DNA from: Takakia lepidozioides
Taxonomy: Eukaryota; Plantae; Bryophyta
DNA length: 64,000 nucleotides
Direction: 5' to 3'
NCBI GenBank assembly: GCA_030704615.1
Contig: CM060732.1
Span: forward strand, 24,924,001-24,988,000
This document shows positions 37,560 to 51,000 of the stretch, in pieces (position 1 is the first letter of the stretch; the number at the start of each line of letters is the position of its first letter). Position numbers and translations under genes: made by a program. A model generated the notes under the pieces. It was not told the DNA's origin. It was given only the letters and a program-made list of their open reading frames with translations, and searched no databases.

Positions 37560-40500
37560 GATCCTCAACGCCGTGCTTGACCAATGGTACAATTCTAGCT
37601 TTGATAATGTCACCATGAACCTCTTTGACCATTCCTAGGGCTGCTAGGCTCGCATATGCATATTATAAACACAAATGAACATGACCTGGTCTGGCTTCAT
37701 CCCTTCCCACATCATTTGCTCTTAGGTTTCCAAAGCCTTAATCCCATACCCATGCTGCACATACCTTGCAATCATGGCACTCTAAAACACCACATCTCCT
37801 TCAGCCATATTGTCGAACTCTCCCTTCGCATCAGGCTTGTTGCACCCACATTTGGCATACATGTCCACCAGGGCAGTGTTCAGAATGACATCTGGTACAA
37901 ATCCAGCTTTGACGATGTCACCATGGACCTCTTTCCCCTTTTCCAGAGCTCCCAAGCTTACACACGCATTGCAAACACAAACAAACGTGATGTGGTTGGG
38001 CTTCACCCCTTCGCGCAGCAGTTGCTCATAGGTCTCCAAAGCATTCCTACCACACCCATGCTTGGTAACTCCTGCCAACATTTCCACGTGATCAAAGATC
38101 GTTGAGGCATTTTGTTGAACACTTGGTGAGCAATGTTCATAATGACATTTGGTACAATTCCAGCTTGACGATATCCCCATGCACCTCTTTGCCCTTGTCC
38201 AGGGCTCGATGCACCCACATTTTGCATACTTGTCCACCAGGGTAACCTTCAGAATGACATTTGGTCCTCATTTGGTACAATTCTAGCTCTAAAGATGTCG
38301 CCATGAACCTCTTTCCCCTTTTCCAGAGCTCCCAGGGCATTGTTCAGAATGACATTTGGTACATTTCCAGCTTTGATGATATCCCCATGCACCTCTTTGC
38401 CCTTCTCCAGGGCTGCCAGGCTTGCACAAGCATTGCAAATACACACAAACATGATGTGGCCGGGCTTCACCCCTTCCCCCATCATTTGCTCATAGGTCTC
38501 CAAAGCCTCCATCCCACGTCCCTGCTGTACATACCGTGCAAGCATTGCACTCCACGACACCTCATTTCGTTCAGCCATAGTGTTGAACACTCCCTTTGCA
38601 TCCATTTTGCATACATGTCCACCAGGGTATTTTTCAGAATGACATTTGGTACAATTCCAGCTCTGAAGATGTCGCCATGGACCTCTTTCCCCTTTTCTAG
38701 AGCTGCCAGGGCAATGTTCATAATGACATTTGGTACAAGCTTTGATGATATCCCCATGCACCTCTTTGCCCTTGTCCAGGGCTCGATGCACCCATATTTT
38801 GCATACATGTCCACCAGGGTATGGTTCAGAATGACATTTGGTACAATTTCAGCTCTGAAGATGTCGCCATGGATGTCTTTCCCCTTTTCCAGAGCTGCCA
38901 GGGCAGTGTTTAGAATGACATTTGGTACAATTCCAGCTTTGATGATATCCCCATGCACCTCTTTGCCCTTGTCCAGGGCTTGATGCACCCACATTTTGCA
39001 TACATGTCCACCAGGGTATGGTTCAGAATGACATTTGGTACAATTCCAGCTCTGAAGATGTCACCATGAACCTCTTTCCCCTTTTCCAGAGCTCCCAGGG
39101 CAGTGTTCAGAATGACATTTGGTACACTTCCAGCTTTGATGATATCCCCATGCACCTCTTAGGCTTGCAAATGCACACAAACATGATGTGGCCGGGCTTC
39201 ACCCCTTCCCCCATCATTTGCTCATAGGTCTCCAAAGCCTCCATCCCATGTCCCTGCTGTGCATACCCTGCAAGCATCGCACTCCACGACACCACATCTT
39301 GTTCAGCCACAGTGTCAAAAACTCCCTTTGCATCCTCAATGCATCCACATTTGGCATACATGTCCAGGTCAGGGCAGTGTTCAGAATGACATCTTGTGCA
39401 ATTCCAGCTTTGACCGATGTCACCATGGACCTCTTTCCCCTTTTCCAGGCTTGCACACGCATTGCAAACACAAACAAACGTGATGTGGTTGGGCTTCACC
39501 CCTTTGCGCATCATTTGCTCACAGGTCTCCAAGGCATTCGTACCACGCCCATGCTTGGTAAATCCCGCCAACATTATATTCCACGTGATCAAAGATCGTT
39601 GAGGCATTTTGTGTTGAACACTTGGTGATCATCCATGATGCTCCCCTTAACATACATGTTGACAAGGTATTGAGTAGAAAAATATTTGGTGTGCATCCAC
39701 TTTGGATAATGTGAGTGCACCTGCTTTCCAGCGTCCAGACCTTCCATCTTGATGCAGTTAAGCAAGGGACAGACATACGTACCTGAATCTGCTGAAATGC
39801 CTCATTGGTTTAAGGTCTGTAGAGCCTTTGTCAGTCTGCCTGCTGCAAAGCATCTTCACATGCCCAGAAGTGGCAGAAGAGGCATTGTGGACTCCCTCTC
39901 TTGATCCTCTTTCAGAAGCTGTGGTCATGGTTGAGGTGTCTGGTTTTATGAACTATGCTGCTGCAGCTGCAGCCTTTAGTTGACCATCTACCCATGCAGG
40001 TTTCTTCTAGCTATTGATTCATAGGGAATCACATCTGGTACAATTCTAGCTTTGGCGATGCAACCATGTACCTCTTTGCCCTTTTCCACGGCTGCCAAGC
40101 TTGCACACGCACTGCAAATGCACACAAACCTGATGTGGTCGGGCTTCACCCTTCCCCAATCATTTGCTCATAGGTCTCCAAAGCCTCCATCATGTGCCCT
40201 GCTGTGCATACCCTGCAAGCATCGCGTTCCACGACACCACATCTCGTTCAGCCAGAGTGTGGAAAACTCCCTTCCCATCATGAATGCACCCACATTTGGC
40301 AAACATACACCAGGGCAGTGTTCATGATGACATCTGGTACAATTCCAGCTTTGACGATGTCACCATGGATCTCTTTCCCCTTTCCCAGAGCTCCCAGGCT
40401 TGCATACACATTGCAAACACAAACAAATGGGATGTGGTTGGGCTTCACCCCTTCGCACATCATTTGCTCATAGTTCTCAAAAGCCTCCAGCCCACGCCCT

Positions 40501-40700
40501 TGCTGTGCATATCCTGCAATTATCGCACTCCACGACACCCACATCTTGTTCAGCCACACTGTCGAACACTCCCTTCATACCTGTCCATGAGGGTATTGTT
40601 CAGAATGACATGTGGTACAATTGCAGCTCTGACAATGTTGCCATGGACCTCTTTGCCCTTCTCCAGAGCTGCCAGGCTTGCACACGCATTGCAAACTATC
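37560..40700 (-). pseudogene. PLS-class PPR pseudogene with internally duplicated motifs
   Basis: Many LEKGKEVHGDI, NTALVDMYAKCG and VVSWSAMLAG motifs spread over all three frames. Confidence 0.93.
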
Positions 40701-40739
40701 AAAGGTTCACTCAACCAGTAATTTGTAGAATTCAACATG

Positions 40740-41345
40740 AAAATTTAGGGCCGATTTTGATAAGAGGAAAAAACAGGGTGAAATGTGTTGAAGAAGGTTG
40801 CCTTCATTAGCAGTGCCTAATTTATCAATTGTGCCGCAGCTGCTGCGGCTTCCAGTTCACCATCTACCTATGCAGGTTTCTTGTAGCAATGGATCCACAG
40901 GGAATCATAGGTAATCTTGTGCTTGAAATCCGGCCCTCTTCCAGCAAACACCCCAACCCTAATGATAAGAGTGAAAAACAAACTGAAATAAGATGAAAAA
41001 AAAAATGCACCCTCACCAATTTAGGGCCGATTCTGAAAAACAAGGTGAAATGTATTGAAGAAGGTGCCTTGAGTGGCAGTGCCTGATTTTATCAATTGAG
41101 CCGTTGTTGCTGCAACTTCCAGTTGACCATCTACCCATGCAGGTTTCTTGTAGCTATCCTTCCACAGGGAGTCATAGGTAATCTGGAGCTTGAAATCCGG
41201 CCCTCTTGGATGAATCTGGACCCACACTCTATCCCTGCTCCTTCAGCTATCCATGCCTCTGCACAAATCATGCATACATCCTTGCCTTGCTGCTAGCAGC
41301 TGACAACGACAGCCTAGAATTGTTCCAGCAAACAACCCAACCCTA
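40740..41345. repeat. Local tandem duplication in the probable 5' (transit-peptide) region of the PPR pseudogene
   Basis: 40740-40960 resembles 41018-41345; also related to 39950-40030. Confidence 0.7.
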
Positions 41346-44221
41346 CTTATCACACTAGTTCCTATGCTGACTTGCATCTGCTTCCAGCAGACATTCACCA
41401 CGGTGCAGCTAAGCGGGCAGAGATTGAAACGCGGTCTGCTAAGACCAAGCTGACTCTCCCAAGAACCTTGTAAACATTAGGAAGAGTACCAAATCATAAC
41501 AGAAGCCAAAAGCCGACATTTGCAGGATGGACTAACTTCTTCACATGGTACATTAAGAAAAAGCCACACCTTGTGATTGCGGTTGTCCCACCATCGTGAA
41601 GAAATTCAGGGCCGAGTCTGATGAGAGGTCAAAACAGGCTGAAATAGGTCGAAGAAGAAGGTGCCCTCACCACTGGAGGATTTGACTGACCACGAACCCA
41701 AGATGACCTCTTATGTCTGCTGCTTGTGTCTGTAGTCAGGTAATGTCGGATTGGTCTGTGAAAACCACGGTGTAGCTGAGCGGGCGTCGATTGAAACACA
41801 GACTGCTAAGACCAAGCTGACTCTCCCAAGAACCTTGTAAACATCAGGAAGAATACCAAATCATGGTACTAACAGGAGCCAAGAGCCCACATTTGCGGTT
41901 GCGGTACAGGTTGCGCTTCGCCCCTTCCTGCATCATTTGTTCTGCAAAGCCTCCATCCCACTCCTCTGCATATCATGTGATCATTCCATTCCATCTCTCA
42001 TCTCTCTGCTCGATACTACTAAGAAGACGCGCAGGAGGAAAAAAAGCCAAAAAGAGGCCAAGTCCCAGCCCTCTAATGGGCAACCCTATAAGCAACTTTT
42101 TAAGTTTTTTAAACCTTTTGGTTACCAAGCTTGCACTAGAAGTCATTCCGGCGACTACTTGGTGGCAAGCTCGTGCTGGTCAACCATCGTTGACCACCCT
42201 TCCATCTAGTGCGGAGCCATACAGTCAGGACGACGTCTACCAAAGTAGTCGCTCAGAGGACAACGTAGTCATTTCAACGACTATGTGAAGCCGCATTTGG
42301 TCCAAAAATACAAAGACAAGAAAACCATGACTACTGCAGCTCGACAGTCAGATAAACCGCGATCTGTTGTAGTGAACACAAGCGCCGCTGCAAGAATTAA
42401 AAGCCTGAGGAGGGAAAGAGCGATGCATTCAGAGCATTGTCTCCCGCCTGTAGGAAAAACAAAGCGCCGCCATTGCGCATCCCCAGGAGATCGCCCAGCA
42501 CATGTACGATGCAACAAACAGGGTAGCAGCAAAACGCAGATGCCATAACGCTCTCCCCACGAGCTCAGAAGCATTGCTCGTGCTTCTAACGGCGGGGGAG
42601 ACGTCCTAGGGCACTTGCCCAATTTGGTAAACCGTGAGACGCCCTGGCACATCACACGTGCCGGCAGAGCAAACAGATTGTCTGCCCCTTTTTTTGGGGC
42701 AGGGGACTTTTTCTCTTTCCCCATAAGCTGGCACTTGTCATGCAAACCCACAAGATGGCCTCATTAGGAAACAACCTCTATATTCCAGATCAAAAACAAA
42801 AAAAACAGCATGTCGGGGGCTGAGAGCAATATAACTGGTAGCAATATAACTGGTAACTGGTTTTTGAGGCAGCCAGGGTGGTTAAGTGGAAATACCCCCT
42901 GGACATGGTGTAATGACATGGTCAAATGTGGAACGATGTGAATAGGGTGTACTGACAGTATCATATACTGTCACAGGATGTATATGCAGTCCTTTATCTT
43001 TACTTTGCTGTGTCATGAATTTTGATTTTCAGCTTTAGCAAGAAACAGGGATGCCTCGGCGTGAGCCTGGTCACTTGAGCGCGTGAGCGCAACTGCGCTC
43101 ACGCCACATCACCTTGCGCCAATGCCACATCACGGGGCTCACTCCACGTCATCACATTTGAAGACCGCGTCACCACGCGCCCATAAAGAAGTGGAGTGTA
43201 TTCCCGCGGATTGGCACCCTTTACCGCGGAAACAAGCTGGACGACATAATAAAAGGCATTGAATAAAGGATGCATGAATGTACAGTTGGATGATAAACAG
43301 ATGGATGAGTGTGAAAAATGAATGTAGATGGATGAATGAGGGATGGATAAGAGTCAAATGGATGAATGTATAATGGATGTTGAGCAATGACAAACATTCA
43401 TGACAGGAAGATGCATGACTAAAACTTAGACGAATGCACAACGTATATGACATGAGTGTGGAAGGTTTGTCGGGTGGATTAAAGAGTACAGAGGATGAAT
43501 GCACAATGGATGTTGAACAAAGGAAAACATTCATGAATGGAGCACGCATGAATACACTGTAGATGAAATCACAATGGATATGACAAGAGTGAGGGAGGTT
43601 TGTGAGATGGATTCATACATATTGCAATTTAAATGGTAGTTGATTCTTTGATTATTTTTCTTTCCAAAGGAACAACTACGGTGGAGGAAGGGGATTCAAC
43701 GTTTTCCAAAGAGGAAGAAACAGAATAGTAAAAGAACATAGTTCAGTCTGACTCAGAGTCAGTACAATGTATCCCCACTTCCTCTGCATCTAAGTCTAAG
43801 TATTTAAGAACTCCGGATCTACGCTGGCTACACCTACGGCCGGGCAGTAAAAATTCAGGGGATAGGGACTCGGTCGCGTGAAGTGCCATTGCTTCGGCAT
43901 AACCAGGAAGCAGAAAATTGGAAAGGGGGCTGTCGAAAACAGACTTGCCACAAATGACTGTATGTCCTGAAGATCCACCGCTGCTTTTCCTGAAAGACAG
44001 CCTGAAAAAGTTATTACTGTAACTTTCATGTTATTGAGAAATTGAGTATAACTCCCAAAGTGGGTTTAGCACTTACTCACATGAAAACGCCATTCACAAA
44101 ATGGCTGTGTCTATGTCTGTGTCATTCACGCCATTCACAAAATTACCAACAAGGAACCATTTAATTAGCTCCCAATCCATATAAATTCAAATTGTCGCTG
44201 GTGAATGACACACACATAGAA

Positions 44222-44573
44222 GTGAATGTCGTCAACGACATTCACTCCGGATCTCTGATAACACAGCTAATCAAGCCTCAAGATTTCTCACAAGAGGCAA
44301 AAGCAATGCAGAACAACTGATTGTCTGCAATGACATTCAGCAAACTGAAGTGAGGAACCCTCACTGTAAAATCTATGGACATTACAAAAACTTACATAAC
44401 TCTAAGGACCTCTCAACAACTCTGGATGTGAATGTCGTCAACGCCATTCAGGGACATTATCAATTCTAAACAGGGACACTATAATTACCCCCTAAGCTCC
44501 TAATCCAGGTGAATTCAAATTCTCGCTTAAGAATGACTCAGACAAATAAGTGAATGTCGTCAACGACATTCAA
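44222..44573. repeat. Palindrome cluster A (4 x 24 bp) in intron 5 of the accessory gene
   Basis: GTGAATGTCG-TCAA-CGACATTCAC variants at 44222, 44317, 44428 and 44550. Confidence 0.9.
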
Positions 44574-46444
44574 TTTGGATCTATGATTACAATCCTTATG
44601 AAGCCAAATTATTTCCCAAAAAGTGCAGTAGAGTTTCCAGTATGATATTGCACCTGTACACAACTCGCATCATGGCCCACTCTCCTCCAACCTGATTGTC
44701 AAAGTCGTTGGACCGTAAAATGTTACCATATTTGGAGAACTCCCAGAAAAAACAGTATCTCCAGGTGAGACCTCTCCACTTCCTTATGTATGCCTCCAAT
44801 GACATTTGGGGAGGGGAAACAATCGAAATGTTCAAGTCCTTCAAAGTCTGTTCCAGCACAATGACGGCGCGCTTTTCGAGCTGCAAATTGTATATTTGTC
44901 AGTATTGCAAATAAGGTACTCATCACATAATTGAAGAAAAGAAAACGGCTTATTTGAATACACACCTGACTCCAAAATGTAGCCTTGTGGAGCCAGTTAT
45001 CAAACACCAAATCACTGATTCTTTCCACCTTTGTGCCAGGCTGTATGGTGCTCTTTGGGAACTGATTCAAGTCCTTTACTGTCTGATCTGAGTTCCATAT
45101 CTCCAGCCACCTTATTTTTGTTTGTGGGTCGACCATGGATATGGCCAACCGGTGCAATTTCTCCTGCTGCATCTCCGGATGCACATGCTTGTCATTGTGA
45201 GATTTGATCTGCTGAAGGAACTCAGAACCAAGTCCAGGATCTACTATTCTAAGCTGCTTTCCGAAGGCGGACATCAATTTGGTTCTTCGCATTTCAAACT
45301 CCTTCTTTATTGTTGCTTCCACACCCTTTGATGTCCTTAGTTCCTCTGGTGTAGTGCGGTAATATTCGGATTTTCCCTTCTCAGCTGCCTCTGCCAGTTC
45401 TTGCTGCATTGATTCAAATAGTGATTAGCACCGAAGGGACTACAAACATGTATTCGAAAAGTAAACTGAGTACAGACTCGGGCTTACCGTATACATGTAC
45501 TCCAGAAACGCCTCTCGAGTCAAAGAATACCAAGTGCCTGCAACTCTTCATGTTTCGCACTTCTTGATTATATTGGGTGGGAGTACTGTCCGAAAATCAT
45601 CCAGCTTCATCAGACCAATCCTCTGAATTCGGAATAGTGTGTGGACCAAGCTTGTTGTCATATGCGATTTCTCTGTCGATCTGCAAAAACATTGCAAACA
45701 TTGCACTCCTTAACTCTATTTTTTGGGGATTATAAGACACTACAGAGGGAATGAAATCTCTAGGATGACTTACTTGTTCACGTCGTGCATAGCTGTAAGA
45801 AGCCTAGCGATGTCGTTTCCAGGATCCAAAACCATTGCCTCCACAACAACATGCTTGTCTTTGTCTTTCGCATGGTGTTTCTGGATGTATCCCATCCATG
45901 CCAGCAATCGGTGGTTGCCGTCCCAGACGTAGAACATGTGGTTGCAGAATTGCTGGGTGTTCTTTCCCATCATGAGGCCCAACTCGAACTCCTCATTGGC
46001 ATCTTTCCAGCACTCATCCCAATTATCACTGATCTCTGGAGACACTAATGTGCTTTTCCCATTTATATCCGTCAGTGACACATAAAAAACTTGAGCACCA
46101 AGTCTGTATCCATGCACAAAATCACTCTCCAATTTTGTTATGTCATGGGAAAGAGGTGGACGCACAACAGGCATAGATATCATCCGGCACAAAGGGATGT
46201 CCAAACGCCCTCCAGATACGAGCATGTCCCTTATAACCTCCTGAGAGTTTACCTTCTGGAATGACATGAGTTCTTTCACCTTGTCAAGGTAGTACACTTC
46301 AGATTCATCTGCTTCATCTGTATTCTTTCAGCTTTTTCCAGACTCCTCCCCATCTCCAGATCCTTTCCCCTCTGATCCTGTAGGCTTGGACCTCACAGTT
46401 TTCTGCACGATGCCATTCAAATCTGACTGAGTAATATGCAAATA

Positions 46445-47020
46445 GTGAACGGCGATAACGACCATCACTCTGTCTCGAAGAAACTCACAAGGAATGGTGT
46501 GAAACAAATTCAGAACCATCTACACAAGCAAAGCTGATCCTGCCAAATTCAAAACAAAAGCGAGAGCGATAGTGAACGGCGTTAACGACAATCACAAAAG
46601 ATAAGGACCTGCCGGATCGATGTTGTGTAATGACATATATGTGTAAGTGATTGGCGGCAACGACATTCAGTATAGTTTAGGGCGGACAGTAAGTGCAGAT
46701 TATTCAAATTGACTCCATTGTGATTACCGTTGCAAGCATTCACGGTTTCTTGTCTATGTCGAGAGTACTTTGCAATCCATACTCTACCTGAATCGAATGG
46801 CGTTAACGACGCTCGCAATTCAGCAGACTTCAATCACATGTTCCTGCTTAAGAAGGGAAGAGGAAGGACTGCTTGAAAGGCAATCAGACAGACTGTTTGA
46901 TCTGAACAACGGTGATTGACGGTACCATCAGTCACCCACTCATTGTGCGGTAAACCCTTAACAGAGGAGTAGAAAGCAAATCACCGTTGTTTCGTGGTGA
47001 TGGTCGGTAGCGACAATCCC
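46445..47020. repeat. Palindrome cluster B (7 degenerate 24-bp copies) in intron 1 of the accessory gene
   Basis: Copies at 46445, 46572, 46647, 46720, 46793, 46912 and 46997, e.g. GTGAACGGCG-TTAA-CGACAATCAC. Confidence 0.8.
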
Positions 47021-48013
47021 TTTCTGGGACATTGAACTCAATCTCTATGCAGATCTTCAACAATGAAATGTAAGTTACAGAAAACTTACTGGCGGCTTCT
47101 TAGGTTTTGAAATTGGATCCCCTTCTGCAGCTTTCCTCTTCTCTCTCACATCTGCTGGAATTTCTGTCTGCTCTAGGGTTTCTGGACCTTCTCCCGGTTC
47201 AGCGTTCCTCGTGCTTCTACCTCCTTTAGTTTCCCTGCGAGACATCTCTGCATCCACAGGCTGGTTTCCAACGCGCACTGTTATCGCCGACTGTGTCACA
47301 GCCGCTACCTCAGTCTCGGTCTGCAATTGTGAATCAGTCTCCGCGTTCACCTGTTGCCTTGGCCCTGTGTTCTCCAACAAATGACGCCTCGTCATTTGCT
47401 CTCTTGCTCTGCGTCTCTCTCTAAGGGAAGTAAAATAAATAGACTTTCTTCTCTTTCGTATAGTAGAAGGAACCCTCTCCAGCTTGACTACCACTCTCCC
47501 TCTAAGCGCGAAAAGTTGGAAAACGAAGTGACTCCCGATTTCTTGCGGGATTGCGTTCGTTGTTGCTTGTCTCTAGAAGCATCGGATTCTCTCTCGCGTG
47601 ACCGTTACACATAGTCGTTCCCTTATTAGTGCACATGCCAGCAATTAGTGTACAGCTGTTCGAATTCAGTTTTCGATGTCTGGCGTGTGTCGCCCAAAAG
47701 AAACGGCGTGTTCTTTATTAGAACGGTTCCAATATTTAAAAATAACAGCGAATCCCAGAAATCTTGGCGCACAATCTTAGACAAATATATGTAAATGAAC
47801 GAGAGTTTGATGACAAATTTTGGGATATCATACACGGTCATCGTTGTTAGCCAACCCCACGTTCGTTTCACATTTTGAACTTTCCAGGTGCGCATGATCA
47901 TTGGTAGTATCTGAGCTTCCTCCGCCATATTCTCTGCTCATTCTTCAACTGTGTTCTGGAGACATCAGTAAACCGATTTACACTGAAGGTCTGCGATAGC
48001 AAGGTATCAACGT

Positions 48014-51000
48014 ATGCGAGGAAGGAAGATGGCTTCCTCTGAAGCCGAGTTCTTCTCTGACGACAAACCAGTGCCGTTCTCCTAGGAAGTCCTTGACAAT
48101 GGATTTGCAATTGTTCTGGAACATGTCTTGGCTACCCGTTTTCAGCTTCAGAATGGCTCCATCTTTTTGGAGAAAGATGTGTATGATTTGAAAGGGAAGT
48201 TGTTGAAATACTCTTTCCAAAACCGTGATGAGACGGCTCATATCAGCCAGTGGAGAGTGCGCCCTGGTCGATACAGAGTACTTGGAGAGCCTCGGCGAAA
48301 GTCCCTTGGGTCATATGTGACGCCCGGGACTGCTGCTTCGGTCGTTGAAGACAAGAGGGAGGTGGTGGTGAAAAAAGAACAGACATCCTCCACTCCAATC
48401 GTTGAGCTTTCGGATTCGTCCGATGATAACATAAGTGAAATTCCAAATCCAGTCCTTCCTACTGTGGTTGGAGAAGCTGATGAAGAAGAGATTTGTAGTG
48501 TCATTCCAATTTTACGAGCGATGGGAGGAATGGCTGGATTCAAAAGTGAGTTGCGAGGAATTGATTGGGAATCTTTGAAGCAGGTGCCTGTGAAGTTCTT
48601 GCCAGAGACTTTTGATGGCGATATCCTATTCGAACTGCCTCCTCCTCCGCGAGTTGGAGGTGTAACAATCATGATGCATGGAATGGACAAGAAACACGAC
48701 GGACACCCGTGGTGCAGAACAAAAACATCCAATATTCAGAATGATGACAAGCTTGTTTTCAGGAGAACAGTTTGCAATGGACACCTTAGGTGTGATAATT
48801 TGAATTGCAGACACTTTCTTCAGTCTGGGGTTCATAATCAAAGCGAATGGGAGGGCCTGGCGGAAAATCCATTTCAGCCTGGGACTGCCCCTCCACCGGC
48901 AAACACTTTCGTCTGCAAATTCTGTAAACTTGTGCCATCCTGCTTGGCGCTCTGCGGAGCAAGAATGTACTATGTTGTCCACCGTTTGAAAACAATGACA
49001 AGAGCTTGTGTGCATTTCGGATTCCATAACCATCCTATCTCGAAGGGGGATTACAAGGAGAGTGTTGAGACAGTATCGAGGTTGATTAAACATGAGTTTG
49101 GGAGAAACCCATCCGCAACAACATCTGCAATTGCTCTTGGCGCAAGCAAGTCCTTCTTGGAAAGCCATATTTTGAGTGGAGGGGATTCTGTGGGGACTAA
49201 ACTTGACGGTGCAGCATTGGACCTGGTCATGGATCATTTCTCCACTTTGAGTTCATCTAACATTCGGCATCAGATCAATGCATTAAGAATGGGCTCTGGT
49301 ATCAGAGGCTACATAGACAACATTTTGGAGTTGAAACGAGTGAGCAAGTACGATTACATCCAGGACAATGTATTCCCAGGTCAAGGTGCCATCAAAGTTT
49401 TTCTTTTCAAAATGTCGACTGTTGGGGAGGGCAGTGGGGTTAGCCTCGTGAAGCGGATGCAGAAGACTGGGGACTTGCAGAACTGTTTTCTTATGTTTGA
49501 TCATGTGAAACGAGTGAAGGATTGGACGACAATGGCTTGTCATGTCTACGATCCAGTGTACCAACGAGTTATGACAATTGCAGTTTGTGACATGCAATCC
49601 GAGGATACGGAATCCCAGAAGCTCATGTGGAATTCCCTGATACGTGTCATGGGCTGCCATGGGCTGCCATCTCCAAATTTCGCAGGTTTCATGGCGGATA
49701 GTGCTCAAGCAAATTTCAATGTTGTTCGTATTGTCTTCGGATCGGGCGACCCAAAAGTGCCAATGCGAGGAAGAGAGCGTACATGTCTATTCCATTGGAC
49801 ACAATCTCTGGAAAAACATACAAAGTCGGACATCAAACCAGAGATGCAGACTCAGCACCGTAAATTGTGCAAAGAGTACAAATATGCTAGAACAATGAAG
49901 GAGGCGGACACTTTGTTCTAGACAATTCGTGCCTGGTGGTTCTCTTCTGGAGCTGCATCACTTGAGAGTATGAGAGCATTGGAAGATTGGCTCGCGTTTT
50001 GGCACTTCCGGTATAGACAGTGAGGAGCAGCCATGGCAGTGGTACGAGGCTTATATTTCTTGCTTTATTCATACATTTACTTTCCATTTTATTGTGTCCT
50101 CGCTTTCTTTATGTTGTTTTCTGTTCACTGTTTTGAAGTGTGGTTCTGCACTTTGCAGAACATGTCCATTGAGGAAATGGCGGACATGTCATCTTGCAGT
50201 TTGGCAGAAACTGTGCACAACGCATGGTACGAGGTCGGGATTTGTATGTGGCAACAACAGATGATTTGATACGTGCCTTGCAACAACAAACCCGATACCG
50301 TGATTTCATACGAGGTGGGGTTGGTGGCAAGGGTCCGGACAAATGGGAGTTGATGTTGCGTGCTGCAAACAGATCTGGGGATCCAATGAAGATAGCACGG
50401 GCGGTGAGCATGTATGCCCAGGGAACGCCACTTGTTTCTAGAGTTCCACATCTTGAAGGGGAGGAGAGATTCGGCTCCTGTAAGAGGAAATTGAACACTC
50501 CACCTAGTTCGGATTCCGATTCCCACAGGGCAGACCGTGATAACTTCTCGAAGCCTCGTGTTCCCCTGCATGACAGCTCCATGTCCGGAACCTCCATTGT
50601 GGAGGAACCTCCAACACGACGGCAAGCTCCAGCATCAAACAGTGCCACTGAAATGGTGCAGGAGAGAAACAACCCCCTTGATGTGCTTGAGTCCGCATGC
50701 CCCGACCACGTTTGGCACATAGAACGCACAAGTGTAGGGTCTCGTGTGAAATGTACAGCGATCAGGGCAACTAATTTCGAGAAGTGCACTTCATCTATGT
50801 CCAGAGGTGGTGCCCGAACTCCTGCTCCGACTTTCACGGGTTTGATGCGTCCATACGGTCAACCAGAAGCCAAGAACCACAAGTTCTGGTTCTACGCAGA
50901 TGATTGTGCCAGATGTGTACATGAAACTGTGCGTCATTCCGTAGCGATGAAGCCATCTCCTCCAACCGTTTGGCCCGTGAAGGTGGGAACACATCTCAGC

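Larger units (their letters stand above)
43743..47395 (-). pseudogene. MULE accessory gene for a ParB/Srx-like (DGNHR) protein, ~683 aa; exons 47395-47090, 46402-45774, 45680-45488, 45403-44966, 44880-44654, 44001-43743
   Basis: All five GT-AG introns give consistent phases (the last junction is the least certain); VVRPP...KLESDF..GY and FYVWDGNHRLLAW motifs; two in-frame TGA codons, likely from CGA; acidic tail KYLDLDAEE..DSESD. Confidence 0.8.

Noticed and set aside
44222-47020. Genuine CRISPR array
   Set aside because: Eukaryotic intronic context, degenerate repeats, irregular spacing overall and no cas genes; kept only as a palindrome array.
45548-49921. Stop-codon readthrough or U-to-C editing restoring the MULE genes
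   Set aside because: The locus is nuclear, frameshifts are also present, and C>T decay explains the stops.
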